This document shows positions 20,197 through 31,215 of a stretch of DNA of 57,310 nt, piece after piece (positions within the stretch are counted from its first letter, which is position 1; every line of letters begins with the position of its first letter). The notes under the pieces were generated by a model. It did no database searches and was not told where the DNA came from. It was given only the letters and a program-made list of their open reading frames with translations. The DNA comes from a virus (lineage: Duplodnaviria; Caudoviricetes): the IMG/VR virus record IMGVR_UViG_3300043438_000704, positions 1 through 57,310 of that record, one strand, 5' to 3'. Made by a program: the position numbers and the translations under genes.

Positions 20197-20224
20197 TTGA
20201 CTTTTTTGAAAATGTGGTTAAAAT
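20197..20224 (+). promoter_or_regulatory. Sigma70-like promoter TTGACT-N16-TAAAAT
   Basis: ATG of a 59-aa ORF (20232-20411, MSDEYTIKKEY...) lies 7 nt after the -10. Confidence 0.6.
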
Positions 20225-21826
20225 ATTTTAGATGAGTGATGAATATACAATAAAAAAAGAATACTTCTACGAGAAGTGGTTGAACGAACACCTGAGAGTT
20301 CAGGAACTTGAGAATTTCGTGCGTCTTGCCGCCAATGGTAAGCGATCAGATGGGACTTATAATTATTGCCGAGAGGCGTTGGAACAAAAAGCAAAGGAAC
20401 TATTGAAATGAACATATATTTAAAATCAGTTATATTTAGTCTGGTGTTGGGACTGTTGGGAGGGATTGCATTTCAATTCGGTTATATTCCGATTGCTTGT
20501 GTTTTTTGTTTCTTTACTTTTGTGACTCTTATGTGTGGTCCATTGATTTTTGAGAAATAATATGGAAAATAATACAGAAATGAATCCGTTACATTGGTGT
20601 TGGATTGCCCCATTTGCATTCTTACTATCTCCATTTGGAACGGTTATATTTACAATTCTATTTCAATTGGATTTAATTCAATGTTGCGGACTTATACTGA
20701 TACAATTTTTGATAGTTTGTTACGCGGGTATTAAGTCTAACTTTGGAGAATAATTCAGATCACATGAAATACAAACTTAACATATCCAATGGATGCACGG
20801 CAGGAGGACATCTGGAAGTCAATGGTGTCGCCTATTCCTGTGAAGACCCGCGATATGAGCTAACCAAAGAACAGCGAGAAAAGTTCCATGAGGATTTGTT
20901 TGCGGAGATTCGGCGCATGTTTGATGATGGGGAAATCGGTGTGAATGATTTGGTGCAATTGCTTCCCGTCGAGGATATCCATTATTCCGAGACTTGCGAT
21001 CAATGCTTTGATAACATGGTGACAACTTATTACGAATTTGACACCAATGGATGATAAATTAAAAATTTACCAAGAATTGGTTGACACTATTGCCAATATG
21101 TGCCACACTGTCACCACAAAACCCGAATATAGTAGGGTTGATCTGGCGGAAACGATTGCTAGATTGATAAGAGACGCAAAAGCTAAATTATGAATAAAGA
21201 AAGCACATTTTTTAAGGGTAAAAGATTATTCTATACAAAATCCGAAGAGGACGGGTATGAAGTTCAATTCGGTTTTGACGATGGAGACAACTTGATTTAT
21301 ATTAAGGCTAATGAAATACTGACCATTATTAACGATGAAAATCGAGAGTTGTTCATGGAACAGTATAACAAAGTTTACGATTCAACTATGAAGTATATTA
21401 AATCAAGCGGAGGGACGATAAGAAGATTATGAAAGATTATCACAACGCTATTTTTGACGAACGATTCGGTCTGTTGCCCGAACATCAACAAAAGCTGATT
21501 CTTATGTTTTTCGGCTCAAGCTGCTATAGTGTGGCGGAAGCTGTGGTGATTTGGATGAACAGTATGGATTGTTCTAGCGTGGCGAGAGATATGATCCTTG
21601 ACTATAAGAATGAATATGATAAATTGATGACCGAATATGAAAAAGAAAACAAAGAAACAACTTGAAGGTTGGATGCTCGAAAACTTTAATGGTAAATATG
21701 TAAGCATCAATAATCTAACAGAAGACGAAGCAAAGGCGCAGCTTTTAGAACACTGCCTAGCAATGGATAAGATGATGGGCAACCTCCAAAAGAACTTTGA
21801 TATTTGGGAAAAAATGGGATACTAAC

Positions 21827-22225
21827 ATGAGACAACTTAAATTCAGAGTTTGGGACAACCTCAAAAAAGAATGGGTATCCAATAAGAGCATTTGGAGGAT
21901 GAAAACCGATCCCAATGGCATTGGGGAAATTGAACCGAATGCTTTCTATTGGAAACAACATTCCCAAGGATTGACGATCCAACAATTCACTGGTCTTCTT
22001 GATTCAGAAGAAAGGGAAATCTACGAGGGAGATATTGTGATTTATAGGAATAAAAATAGAGAAATCAGAATAGGGCAATTTTGGAATGGTGAGGACGACC
22101 GAGTAGGTTGTTTTATTCAAGACCCTATGGTTACACATAGAAATTTTGGAACTAATAGAGTTTCTGCTTTTGAAAAATGCGAGATTATCGGCAACATCTT
22201 TGAAAACCCAGAACTTTTAAAATAA
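21827..22225 (+). CDS. YopX-family protein
   Basis: MRQLKFRVWD...QFTGLLD..EIYEGDIV...EIIGNIFENPELL. Confidence 0.88.
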   Translation: MRQLKFRVWDNLKKEWVSNKSIWRMKTDPNGIGEIEPNAFYWKQHSQGLTIQQFTGLLDSEEREIYEGDIVIYRNKNREIRIGQFWNGEDDRVGCFIQDPMVTHRNFGTNRVSAFEKCEIIGNIFENPELLK

Positions 22226-22704
22226 TGACTCAATACACAATATGGATGACATGTAGCGGCGGAACTGCCACCGCTGGAGACTACATCGCGGAAACCAAGC
22301 GCAAGGCTCTGGCAATGGCTAAGAAAGAGCATGGGGACGAATGGACTTATTATGTCCACAAAGAGAAGAACATAGATATGAACAAACGACATTTCTTTGT
22401 TGCTCATTATTGGAATGATGAGGATAATAGGCTTGGTGCTTACACATATCACAACGAAATCCAATATGGAACGGAAGCTGATGCTCTCAATTTTTTAAAA
22501 TACGTTCAAAGACCGGAAAATGGTGGTGATCACGATTGGCAAATCTTCTGGATCAACACTGATAGGGATGATCGCAGAACTCCAGAGAGTGTTCGGGCGT
22601 ATATTGAAGCCAAGGGTAAGGAAATGGAACGCTTGAAGGAAACTGATTATGCTGCGTGGGTTGATTTGAAAAACGATTGTTAAAAACTAGAATACGATCA
22701 GCGC

Positions 22705-23190
22705 ATGAACATTATAGTAACTTCCGAGTGTCCAGACCAATCAGCAAGGTGGTTGGTGGATGCTCATATGAAGCTTGGATTGGAAATGACACAGATGCTT
22801 TGCACAGCTTATCACGAACAAGGCGTTGAAGCCCCCTATCGCCCAAGTCACCGAAATCATCCAAGTAGTCTTTGGGTAAGGGCGAGCTACGACAACTTCC
22901 AGTGGGCAATTGCTCATGGACATGCCATTTTTGACGAATATACAGAGCGTTATAAAAGAATTCACAAATCCCAAGCTGTTCTTGATTGGTGTGAGGAAAA
23001 TGTATCCAAGCTGGGATTTGATTCGTTTGACCTGACATCATTTGCCATTGCCATATCGGAGGATAGCATTTGTCGGACATTGCCGGAATTCGAATCGCTA
23101 TCTGCCACTGAAAAATACATCAGGTATATTCAATACGATAAAAAGCATTTACATGCTTGGAAAAGGAACCGCCCATTTTGGATTGAATAA
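22705..23190 (+). CDS. Pyrimidine-dimer DNA glycosylase-like protein (DenV-related phage family)
   Basis: MNIIV...QMLCTA...YRPSHRNHPSSLWVR..NFQW...EYTERY..IH. Confidence 0.7.
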   Translation: MNIIVTSECPDQSARWLVDAHMKLGLEMTQMLCTAYHEQGVEAPYRPSHRNHPSSLWVRASYDNFQWAIAHGHAIFDEYTERYKRIHKSQAVLDWCEENVSKLGFDSFDLTSFAIAISEDSICRTLPEFESLSATEKYIRYIQYDKKHLHAWKRNRPFWIE

Positions 23191-23564
23191 TTATGAGACA
23201 ATTTCAAACAACGTATCTATATAGAGCGACTGTGAAAAAGAGAAACAGTTGGGAAAAACCACACCCGACATTCTATTTCATTGCTGCAAACGAAAAAGAG
23301 GCATTGGAAAATGCCAATCGAAATATTAAGGAAGGATTTGAATTGAATAAGATTTCCAAATTGGGGAGACAATATGGGGAATATTTTTTTAAAGAAAAAT
23401 GAAATACATTTATAATAACGGCGGCTGGAATGGTAATAATTTGAGGCTATTCACGGATGATGGGGAAGAGATTGGACATTTTTATCCATGTGATGGATTT
23501 GATCCAGATTCTTTAGGGTGGATTGAAATAGTAGATTTGAAAGCAGATGCAGAACTCATCAAAA

Positions 23565-24335
23565 ATGAAATCACTGATCATGGGTAGTCACGCTATCCGC
23601 CATTGGTTTCCCGATTTTTCAAGGGAACCAAAGGACATGGATATCATGTGCGAGCAAGGCAATAGCACCAAAGAGGTGGAATATCTCTGGATACCAGAAT
23701 ACCAATATTTTTTAGACATTAACCAAGATAAACAGTATCTTGATCCCAATCACCTATACACATTAAAATTATCGCATTTGGGTTTTAATATCTTTTGGGA
23801 AAAGCATTGCTCCGATGTTTGCTTTCTCAAATCAAAAGGATGTGTGGTCGATGAAAAACTATATAAGAAGTTGGTAGCCGCGTGGACATTAAAATTTGGC
23901 AAGCAATGGGCTTCCCTGAAAGGCAAGGATTCCCAAACATTCTTTGAAGATGCCGTGAAGCGGAAATATGTCCACGACACTATTCACGAAGCGGTAGCCA
24001 TCTACGACAAACCTTTATATGAATCCTTGGTATATGAAGGAGTATCATGCTCCAAAAAAGGATTTGACAAATTATCGTATGATGATAAATTGAATTTAGT
24101 CCGAGAGGAAGTTTATGTCACCGCTTTAGAGAGGTGGCTGATTCCCCATGACTTCAAATTCTCAAAGATTGAGGCGTATCAGAAAGCTTTGAAGAAATTG
24201 GCCACAACCATGAGTAGTGGATGGTTCAAGTTCTTCATACTAACAAACATCGATGTCCTGAGAAACGATAGGGATTTCTCATATATCGATAAATTTAAAC
24301 AAGCAGAAACAGAAAACAAATTAAGAACAACATGA
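23565..24335 (+). CDS. Phage protein with N-terminal nucleotidyltransferase-like motif
   Basis: IMGSHA...EPKDMD matches the GS..DxD signature. Confidence 0.5.
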   Translation: MKSLIMGSHAIRHWFPDFSREPKDMDIMCEQGNSTKEVEYLWIPEYQYFLDINQDKQYLDPNHLYTLKLSHLGFNIFWEKHCSDVCFLKSKGCVVDEKLYKKLVAAWTLKFGKQWASLKGKDSQTFFEDAVKRKYVHDTIHEAVAIYDKPLYESLVYEGVSCSKKGFDKLSYDDKLNLVREEVYVTALERWLIPHDFKFSKIEAYQKALKKLATTMSSGWFKFFILTNIDVLRNDRDFSYIDKFKQAETENKLRTT

Positions 24336-24826
24336 AAACAAGTAAAGAACTGGAAGCGGAAATTGCTCGTATGAAGCAAGAATTGGAAAAAGTGAAGGAA
24401 ATGGAAAGCGGGAAGCTGCCCGATATTCTGGAGAATTTTAACCCCAAGAAGATTAAGAAAATTCTTGATTTTTTTGAAGAAAAGGAGAATTGTAAAAAGT
24501 ATCTCAACAACCCAACTGTAGGTGATCTTAAATATGGGGTTGATTCTGGTGATTTTTGTTACGAAAAAAATTCCATCTCCTTTGGTGGTTGGGTCGTGAC
24601 AGTAGTTGACCAAGAAGGGGGTGGTGAAGGTTCGGGAGAACATTGGCATTGCGTCTTCAAGGTTGAGAAGAACGGCGAATTGGTGGGTCATTACTACATT
24701 CCCGGTTATTACCAATCCTACAATGGAACGGAAATCGAATGGGATAGCATCTACGAAGTTGAGCCATATGAGAAGATGGTGATCGATTGGAGGGCTAAAG
24801 GTTAAAAACTAGCGTATGGTCGTTCC

Positions 24827-25270
24827 ATGTTGAAAGCGAAGGGAACCATCCGCGTTGAATCCAAGAAATCCCGTATTGTTGTCGAGACAGGATCGGGAAT
24901 TCTGGATTTCTATGGGTGGCTCATTTCCAAAAAATATTGGATAAAGCTACAGAAGCCCTTGCACGATGCTCACATAACATTGGCGAGCGAAAAATTCCAT
25001 AAAGATGTGGATTGGAAGAAAGCTGAATACTACGATGGAGAAGAGATTGAATTTGAATACGATCCATATCTTGTTCGCGGGGGATATACCAAAGGATTCA
25101 TTATGTTTTATTTGAAGGTCTATTCAGAAGCTATTGACAAAATGAAAAAGGAGCTTAACATTGTGGACGGCGACACTTTCAAGGGAATCCATTTGACCAT
25201 TGGAAGCTCAGGCAAGAGCGGATCAAAACACGTTCCATATTGGCCGGAACTAATCACAATTAAAAACTAG
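24827..25270 (+). CDS. 2H phosphoesterase-like protein
   Basis: Two HxT motifs, AHITL and IHLTI, about 70 aa apart. Confidence 0.6.
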   Translation: MLKAKGTIRVESKKSRIVVETGSGILDFYGWLISKKYWIKLQKPLHDAHITLASEKFHKDVDWKKAEYYDGEEIEFEYDPYLVRGGYTKGFIMFYLKVYSEAIDKMKKELNIVDGDTFKGIHLTIGSSGKSGSKHVPYWPELITIKN

Positions 25271-25287
25271 AATACAATACAAATATT

Positions 25288-25896
25288 ATGGGAACAAGAA
25301 ATCTAACATGCGCGGTAATCAATAATGACTATAAAGTGGCACAATTCGCTCAATGGGATGGCTATCCAAGTGGACAAGGCATCATCATTTTGGAATTTAT
25401 CAGGGATAAGATGGATCGCCCCCTTATGGAAAAAAGGTTGCGGGAAATTACTTTCCTGAATGATGAGGAGATTGAACTGATCAATGAATCCAAAAAGTTC
25501 CCCCAACAATTTAGTCGAGATGTGGGGGGTCGTATTTTTGAATTCATCCAGAATGGGAGGTATTCAAGCCGAGAATTACAGGTTCCGTCTTACAATTATA
25601 AGGAAGTTGAACATCTGTGGGAGATGGATAAATTGTTCAACCAATTATCATTCGCAGCCGATTCCCTTTTTTGCGAATATGCTTATGTTGTGGACTTTGA
25701 TAAGAACACCTTTGAAGTGTATAAGGGATTTGTAAAGTCTCCCCATACGGGAGAAAGATTTTCCGATATGGATACTCACAAATCAAATGGGGATTCCCAA
25801 TACTATCCGGTCAAACATTGGAAGACCTTTGATCTGAATGATCTACCCTCAAATGAGGTATTTCTGGAAGAGCTTGCCGAGAACGAAGAAGATTAA
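25288..25896 (+). CDS. Hypothetical phage protein (QWDGYPSG motif)
   Basis: Starts 3 nt after the junction-element +1. Confidence 0.8.
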   Translation: MGTRNLTCAVINNDYKVAQFAQWDGYPSGQGIIILEFIRDKMDRPLMEKRLREITFLNDEEIELINESKKFPQQFSRDVGGRIFEFIQNGRYSSRELQVPSYNYKEVEHLWEMDKLFNQLSFAADSLFCEYAYVVDFDKNTFEVYKGFVKSPHTGERFSDMDTHKSNGDSQYYPVKHWKTFDLNDLPSNEVFLEELAENEED

Positions 25897-25900
25897 AATT

Positions 25901-26329
25901 ATGAAACAAAATAATAAAGAAAAACGGGGTAGCATCACTACCATCACAGTTATTAGCATTCTAACCATGTTTGGGATTATTTTCCTATCAATGTGGGGAA
26001 TTCCCAAATATCGGATTTATGCTCAAACCATGAGAGGGACTGCCGCCTTCAAAGAAGCTGAGATTGACAGACAGATTCTTGTGGAAGAAGCCAGAGCGCA
26101 GGAAGAAGCATTAGCAATGCGAGCGCAAGGAGAAGCTGCCAGAGAACGTATCAAGGCGGATGCCACTTCATATGCGATTGAGAAGCTGGGCGCGACCCTT
26201 GAATCACACCCTTCTTATCTTAGGTGGATGTGGATTAATGAAGTGGCGGGTGGAGAAGGTGATCGCATCTATATCCCCACGGAAGCTGGTATGCCAATTC
26301 TTGAAGCTGGAGCCTTTAAAGGAAAATAA
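25901..26329 (+). CDS. Membrane-anchored coiled-coil protein (SPFH C-terminus-like)
   Basis: N-terminal TM helix, EA-rich coil, YLRWMWI..IYIPTE. Confidence 0.55.
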   Translation: MKQNNKEKRGSITTITVISILTMFGIIFLSMWGIPKYRIYAQTMRGTAAFKEAEIDRQILVEEARAQEEALAMRAQGEAARERIKADATSYAIEKLGATLESHPSYLRWMWINEVAGGEGDRIYIPTEAGMPILEAGAFKGK

Positions 26330-28873
26330 TTATGAATTGTGTAATCGGATTGATCGTGGTATCGGTGCTTATCTTAAGCATACCAGTGTTGGGATTTCTG
26401 GTTTATCTAATCCATGATGAGAAAGAATAATATGAAAAATATACTGTTAAAAATTGAGAACAAATGGAATGTTGCCTGTGATAAAGCCTATCATAGAATC
26501 AATGATTGGATGTGGAGTAGGAAAGAATCTAAATTTGATAAGTTCGTGCTTGATAAGATGAATCCTGAATGGGTTCTTTATGAGAAGGAATACCATGATA
26601 AGGTGTTTGATGAGACAATTAAGGAAGATTTGGAAAATCCTGATCGTTTCATTCCCCAATATGATGAGAATCTGAACCGAATTTGGAGTAAAAACTAGAA
26701 TACAATACAGAGACTATGCAACACACACTAATCCGATACATTAGAAACAAAAAGGGACAACCTCGCGGGGTCGTCGTAGCTCTACGGGATAACAACGAGG
26801 TTTGCTATGGCTACTCCATTTGCAATCCGATTGATCCTTGGAACAAGCACAAGGGACTCAAGATCGCAATTGCCCGTGCGCTGGCAAGGGAATATGAGCT
26901 TCCCCAAGCGGAGAACACCACCAAGCAAATCATGGAAGGATACGCAAATCTTTCCAAACGGGCGGTGAATTACTTCAAGGACTTGCCGAAAGACATGGTG
27001 GAATTTGAACAATAAAATATGAACATTGGAGATTTGGAGCCAATCACTGGTGGTGAAAAAGAATTCTTTAATCGAAAGATTGGAAAGAGATTAATTTTTC
27101 AATCTGAAAATGATGGAACTTTTCCGAAATGTCCTAAATGTGGTCATAGTAAAAAAGTTTTTAAAGCTTGTGATGTATATGTATGTTCAGAATTCCACGC
27201 AGTAGATAATAATGATACCTGAAAAAACATTACCGCTCCATGAGTTGAAATACTACCATAGCGAAAGCCTTGGTTTCGTATTTTCTGGCGTGATACCCTC
27301 TTCCGATGACGCTCTCCAAAGGCTTGCCAATAATCTGGTGGGATGGGGGGTATCTAAAAAGCTACCGGAGTTCTATGTTCGGGTGGCTCCCAATGAAACG
27401 GCATTCATCTACGCTTCCGATTCGGAATTCAAACAGGCGGCATTCTATCAATTCTGTAGTAAGTTGAATGTGATGGGAATCTTTTCCATTGACACTCTCG
27501 CTGCATGGCTTAAAATACACTAAAACAACAACATGGACAAAGAAAAAATAAAAGAAATATCGGAACAAATTCAAGAATTGATTGAGGATGAAGTCGCTAA
27601 ACAAAATACAAATCAAGAATGTAAAGATAGGATTGAATCTTTTATCAATACTTTTGATTATATGATCGAAGAAGCCCGTGAAACACTTGAAGACTTTAGA
27701 AGCCAAGGATTATCTCTCAATACGATTGAATCGGAAGGCTATCTAAGGGCATTTTTAACAATTCAATCCATACTGCCAACCATTGATTAATGGATTACCA
27801 GTTGATTATGCTGCCCTTGGAAGCGGGAGGAACATGCATTCTGGATTACGATCCTGAGATGCAGGAGAACATGGAAAAATCCATCATGCTGTGTGGTAGG
27901 GAGGATTTGGTTCTCTGTTCCGTTCCCGTGGTGTTTCAGGGGAAGTGTTCTCTACATTTGATAAGCGATAATCAGAATTTAGAAGATTTTTGGGAAGCGT
28001 GTGTTACAATAAGTGAAAATGAGTGACGAAATTATATTACCGATTGAATTGTTTGATGGTCGGCTATCTCTCCGAGAGATAGGAACGGTGGGGGTGATCA
28101 TGTCATATCCCCATCAACCCAAAGATGTGGTTGACAAGTGGGATGAGACTGCTATCTTCAACCAAATGATCAACAAGATGATGGATCGGGGAATGATCGT
28201 CGTTGAAGGGGATGAACTGGTATTGAAGATTGATGGAGAACCAAAACATAAAAATATGAAGATTGAAACAGCACTGAATGAATTGTATAACAATGGAATC
28301 TGCAATGAGGACAACGTGGAGGCGATCCGTGATGTCATGGAAGAGCTTGCCAATGATTTCTATCATCTGGGTTACGAGGATGGTAGGATTGATTTTGAGG
28401 TGAGTGGTGACACGTTCACAGCTTATGGAAAGAAGGAAGACTTCTCTTAAAAACTAGACTACCATAGAGCTATGAAAGCAAGCCACCGAAAAACAAAGAC
28501 CGGATTCTACCCCGTGGTCATCTTTAACAACAAGAGTCGCATGACGCATCGTGTTCTATGTCTGACAAAGGACATGGCTAAGATCGCAGCAGAACAAATT
28601 ATTCAAGATTGGAGAATTCAATATCCTGAACACATGGAAGTGTATGATAAAGCCGTAGATTAATATGAATATACAAGCATACGTTAATATTGAGCCTAGC
28701 ACGATCAAGAGAGAATTGACCAGAAGTGAGTGTCTGGAGTTCATCACTGAAATTGATGCTGCATACGAGGAAGTGGATTTCACATTGGAATTGATTAGAA
28801 TTTTGATGAAATCTGTTAAGGGTGATCTGGAGAATTACGAATGGAATGAATTATTGGAATCGTTTACGAAATT

Positions 28874-29308
28874 ATGATTAAGATACCTGAAGAAATTATA
28901 AACAGATTCAATTTACCGAATACGGCATTTCTATCTGGAAGTAGAGCCATGGGATTCCCAAGAGAGGGAAGTGATTGGGATGTTTGTTTTCCCAATCATC
29001 TAATTGTGGAAATTAAAGAGAAATGCGATAATGTCAAGGAAAGCGAATACTTCGAGGGATTTGTAACACAATTTGGGAAATATAAAGTGAATTTCATTCC
29101 TCTCCATCCTTTGGACATGGCTTGTTGGATTCTGGCAACCAAGACAATATCTGACTTAAACAATATCTACGAACATACCAGAGTAAAAGACCCTGCAATG
29201 CGCCATGGAATATTTGAAACATTCAGAGGGGTGTTTAAAACGACCATTGTTTATGGGGGAGCAGAGGCACTTGATCCGATGATTGAAAAGTTGCTTGCTG
29301 ATTCTTAA
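28874..29308 (+). CDS. Pol-beta superfamily nucleotidyltransferase
   Basis: LSGSRAMG...SDWDV motif. Confidence 0.75.
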   Translation: MIKIPEEIINRFNLPNTAFLSGSRAMGFPREGSDWDVCFPNHLIVEIKEKCDNVKESEYFEGFVTQFGKYKVNFIPLHPLDMACWILATKTISDLNNIYEHTRVKDPAMRHGIFETFRGVFKTTIVYGGAEALDPMIEKLLADS

Positions 29309-29329
29309 AAACTAGAATACACTCATACC

Positions 29330-29953
29330 ATGACAACGCTGGTTAAATTTCCCCGAACCTCCCATCTCCCTTGGAGTGAAGGATGCACATCTGATGATAA
29401 GATCATTCCTAATTTGGATAGTTTGATGAATCAGAATGTAGTTGTCACTGAGAAGTTGGATGGTGAAAATTGCACTTGGACTAAAGATAAAATCTATGCT
29501 CGCTCTACATCTTCCGATGGTGGTTTGCTTAGGGAACGAGTGAAGGCACTATGGTCTTCCAAACGATGGTTGATCCCCGATGGATTGAGAATTTGTGGGG
29601 AGAATATGCAATGGGAACATTCTATTCGATATGAAGATTTGGAATCTCCTTTTTATATTTTTGCATTGTTTAATGATGAATTCTGCATTGGTTGGGATGA
29701 TGTTCTCTTTTATTCCGAATATATAGAAATCCCCACTGCCCCTATTATTTTCGAGGGGAAATTTGACAATTCTACCATCGATTTATTAAAAAATCTAAAT
29801 TTAAATGGTCGAGAAGGATATGTGGTTCGCAAAAAAGAATCATTTAAGTTTGATGAATATTCAACGTGCGTTGCAAAATTCGTCCGAAAAGACCATGTTC
29901 AGACCAACATCCACTGGACAAAAAATCTTAAAGAAAACGGTTTTAAAAACTAG
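29330..29953 (+). CDS. RNA ligase family protein (short, Rnl2-related)
   Basis: Motifs KFPRTSHLPWS, TEKLDGEN, CGEN, EGYVVR and AKFVR. Confidence 0.85.
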   Translation: MTTLVKFPRTSHLPWSEGCTSDDKIIPNLDSLMNQNVVVTEKLDGENCTWTKDKIYARSTSSDGGLLRERVKALWSSKRWLIPDGLRICGENMQWEHSIRYEDLESPFYIFALFNDEFCIGWDDVLFYSEYIEIPTAPIIFEGKFDNSTIDLLKNLNLNGREGYVVRKKESFKFDEYSTCVAKFVRKDHVQTNIHWTKNLKENGFKN

Positions 29954-30255
29954 AATACCATCACGCCATGCAAAGACTTATTGTAGCAGCAGCAATGCTC
30001 ATGGATGATGGTGACGTTATCGTGGGTGTCCGTCATTATTCTCCAGAGATGCGAAAAACGCTTGAAAAAGCTTATGGTGAGAAGTATCATCTAAGAGTTA
30101 AGGAACAAGGGTTTGTTGATCAAAAGGGTGTTTTTCTCAATCGCAAGGATGCTTGGGTAATCGCTGAACAGGAAGGTCAAATCAGACGTAAAGTATCGAC
30201 CGAAGGAACACTTTATTCAGAGAATCTTTATTAAAAACTAGACTACACTTGAGCC

Positions 30256-31215
30256 ATGCAGATCAACACACTGGAAACCAAATTCGCAAAATGCTCCTCA
30301 ATTGAGATTCCCGAGTCCTACTACAATAGGATGACCACGGGATGCCCCGAGATTGACCTGATGTTCGGCACTGAACACCTTCCCGGATTCATGCCCGGAA
30401 GCGCAATCTCCATATGTGGAGTTGGAGGTTCCGGCAAGTCCACCGCACTTTGCCAGATTGCTCAAATGCTTACCACTCAAGGTAAGAAAGCTGCCATTGC
30501 ATCTGGCGAGGAATCCCATCTACAACTTGCCTATGCTTGCAAGCGTCTTGGGGTTACAGATGTGGATGTTGCCCATATCAGCAATGTGGAGGATATTGCG
30601 GAAGCCATGCAGGAATATGATTTCATGGTTGTGGATAGCTTCCAAGCTTTGCGTTCTTCCAATTCCAAGATGAAGAAGAGGGAATTCTATCAGTATGCAC
30701 AAGACTTGCTTCTCTCAACTGCCAAGGAAACGGGATGTGTTCTGGTGTTCGTTCTCCATATCACTACCCAAGGACTACCCAAGGGCGGAACCGATATCAT
30801 CCATGCCGTGGATGTGAATATGAAAGTCACGGTGGATAAGGATGATGATACGATGCGTCTCTTCCATGTATATAAGAATCGTTTTGGAGAAACCAAGATT
30901 CACATGGCGATGATGACTTCCAAGGGTTTTGATTTCAAGGGTGCGTATGTTGCTCCCGTGGAAGAGGATAAACCCAAGAAAGACAAGACTCCTGCCGCCG
31001 ATGTTCGTAAGGAAGAAATCCTGAACATGGATGAGCCTCCCCACTTGACTCTGGATCGGGTTTGTGCCAAGCTTGGTGTGTCGGGTCAAACCGCTGGCAT
31101 TCTCCTTCGGGAGCTTGTCGGAGAGGGCAAGATGCAGAAGTTTGGCAGGGGTGCTGCCGCTGTATGGAAGATCGCGCAGGAATGTCAGAAATTACACAAA
31201 CAATTAACGAAATAA
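30256..31215 (+). CDS. RadA/Sms-like RecA-family ATPase with C-terminal winged helix
   Basis: Motifs GVGGSGKST, SGEES, VVDSFQ, HITTQG, IHAVD and KNRFG; the C-terminus is HTH-like. Confidence 0.8.
   Translation: MQINTLETKFAKCSSIEIPESYYNRMTTGCPEIDLMFGTEHLPGFMPGSAISICGVGGSGKSTALCQIAQMLTTQGKKAAIASGEESHLQLAYACKRLGVTDVDVAHISNVEDIAEAMQEYDFMVVDSFQALRSSNSKMKKREFYQYAQDLLLSTAKETGCVLVFVLHITTQGLPKGGTDIIHAVDVNMKVTVDKDDDTMRLFHVYKNRFGETKIHMAMMTSKGFDFKGAYVAPVEEDKPKKDKTPAADVRKEEILNMDEPPHLTLDRVCAKLGVSGQTAGILLRELVGEGKMQKFGRGAAAVWKIAQECQKLHKQLTK

Noticed and set aside
19030-20214. TTGAAAATG on both sides of tnpB as a target-site duplication
   Set aside because: It is only 9 AT-rich nt, one copy lies within a gene and the other within a promoter, and TnpB-family elements generally do not make TSDs.
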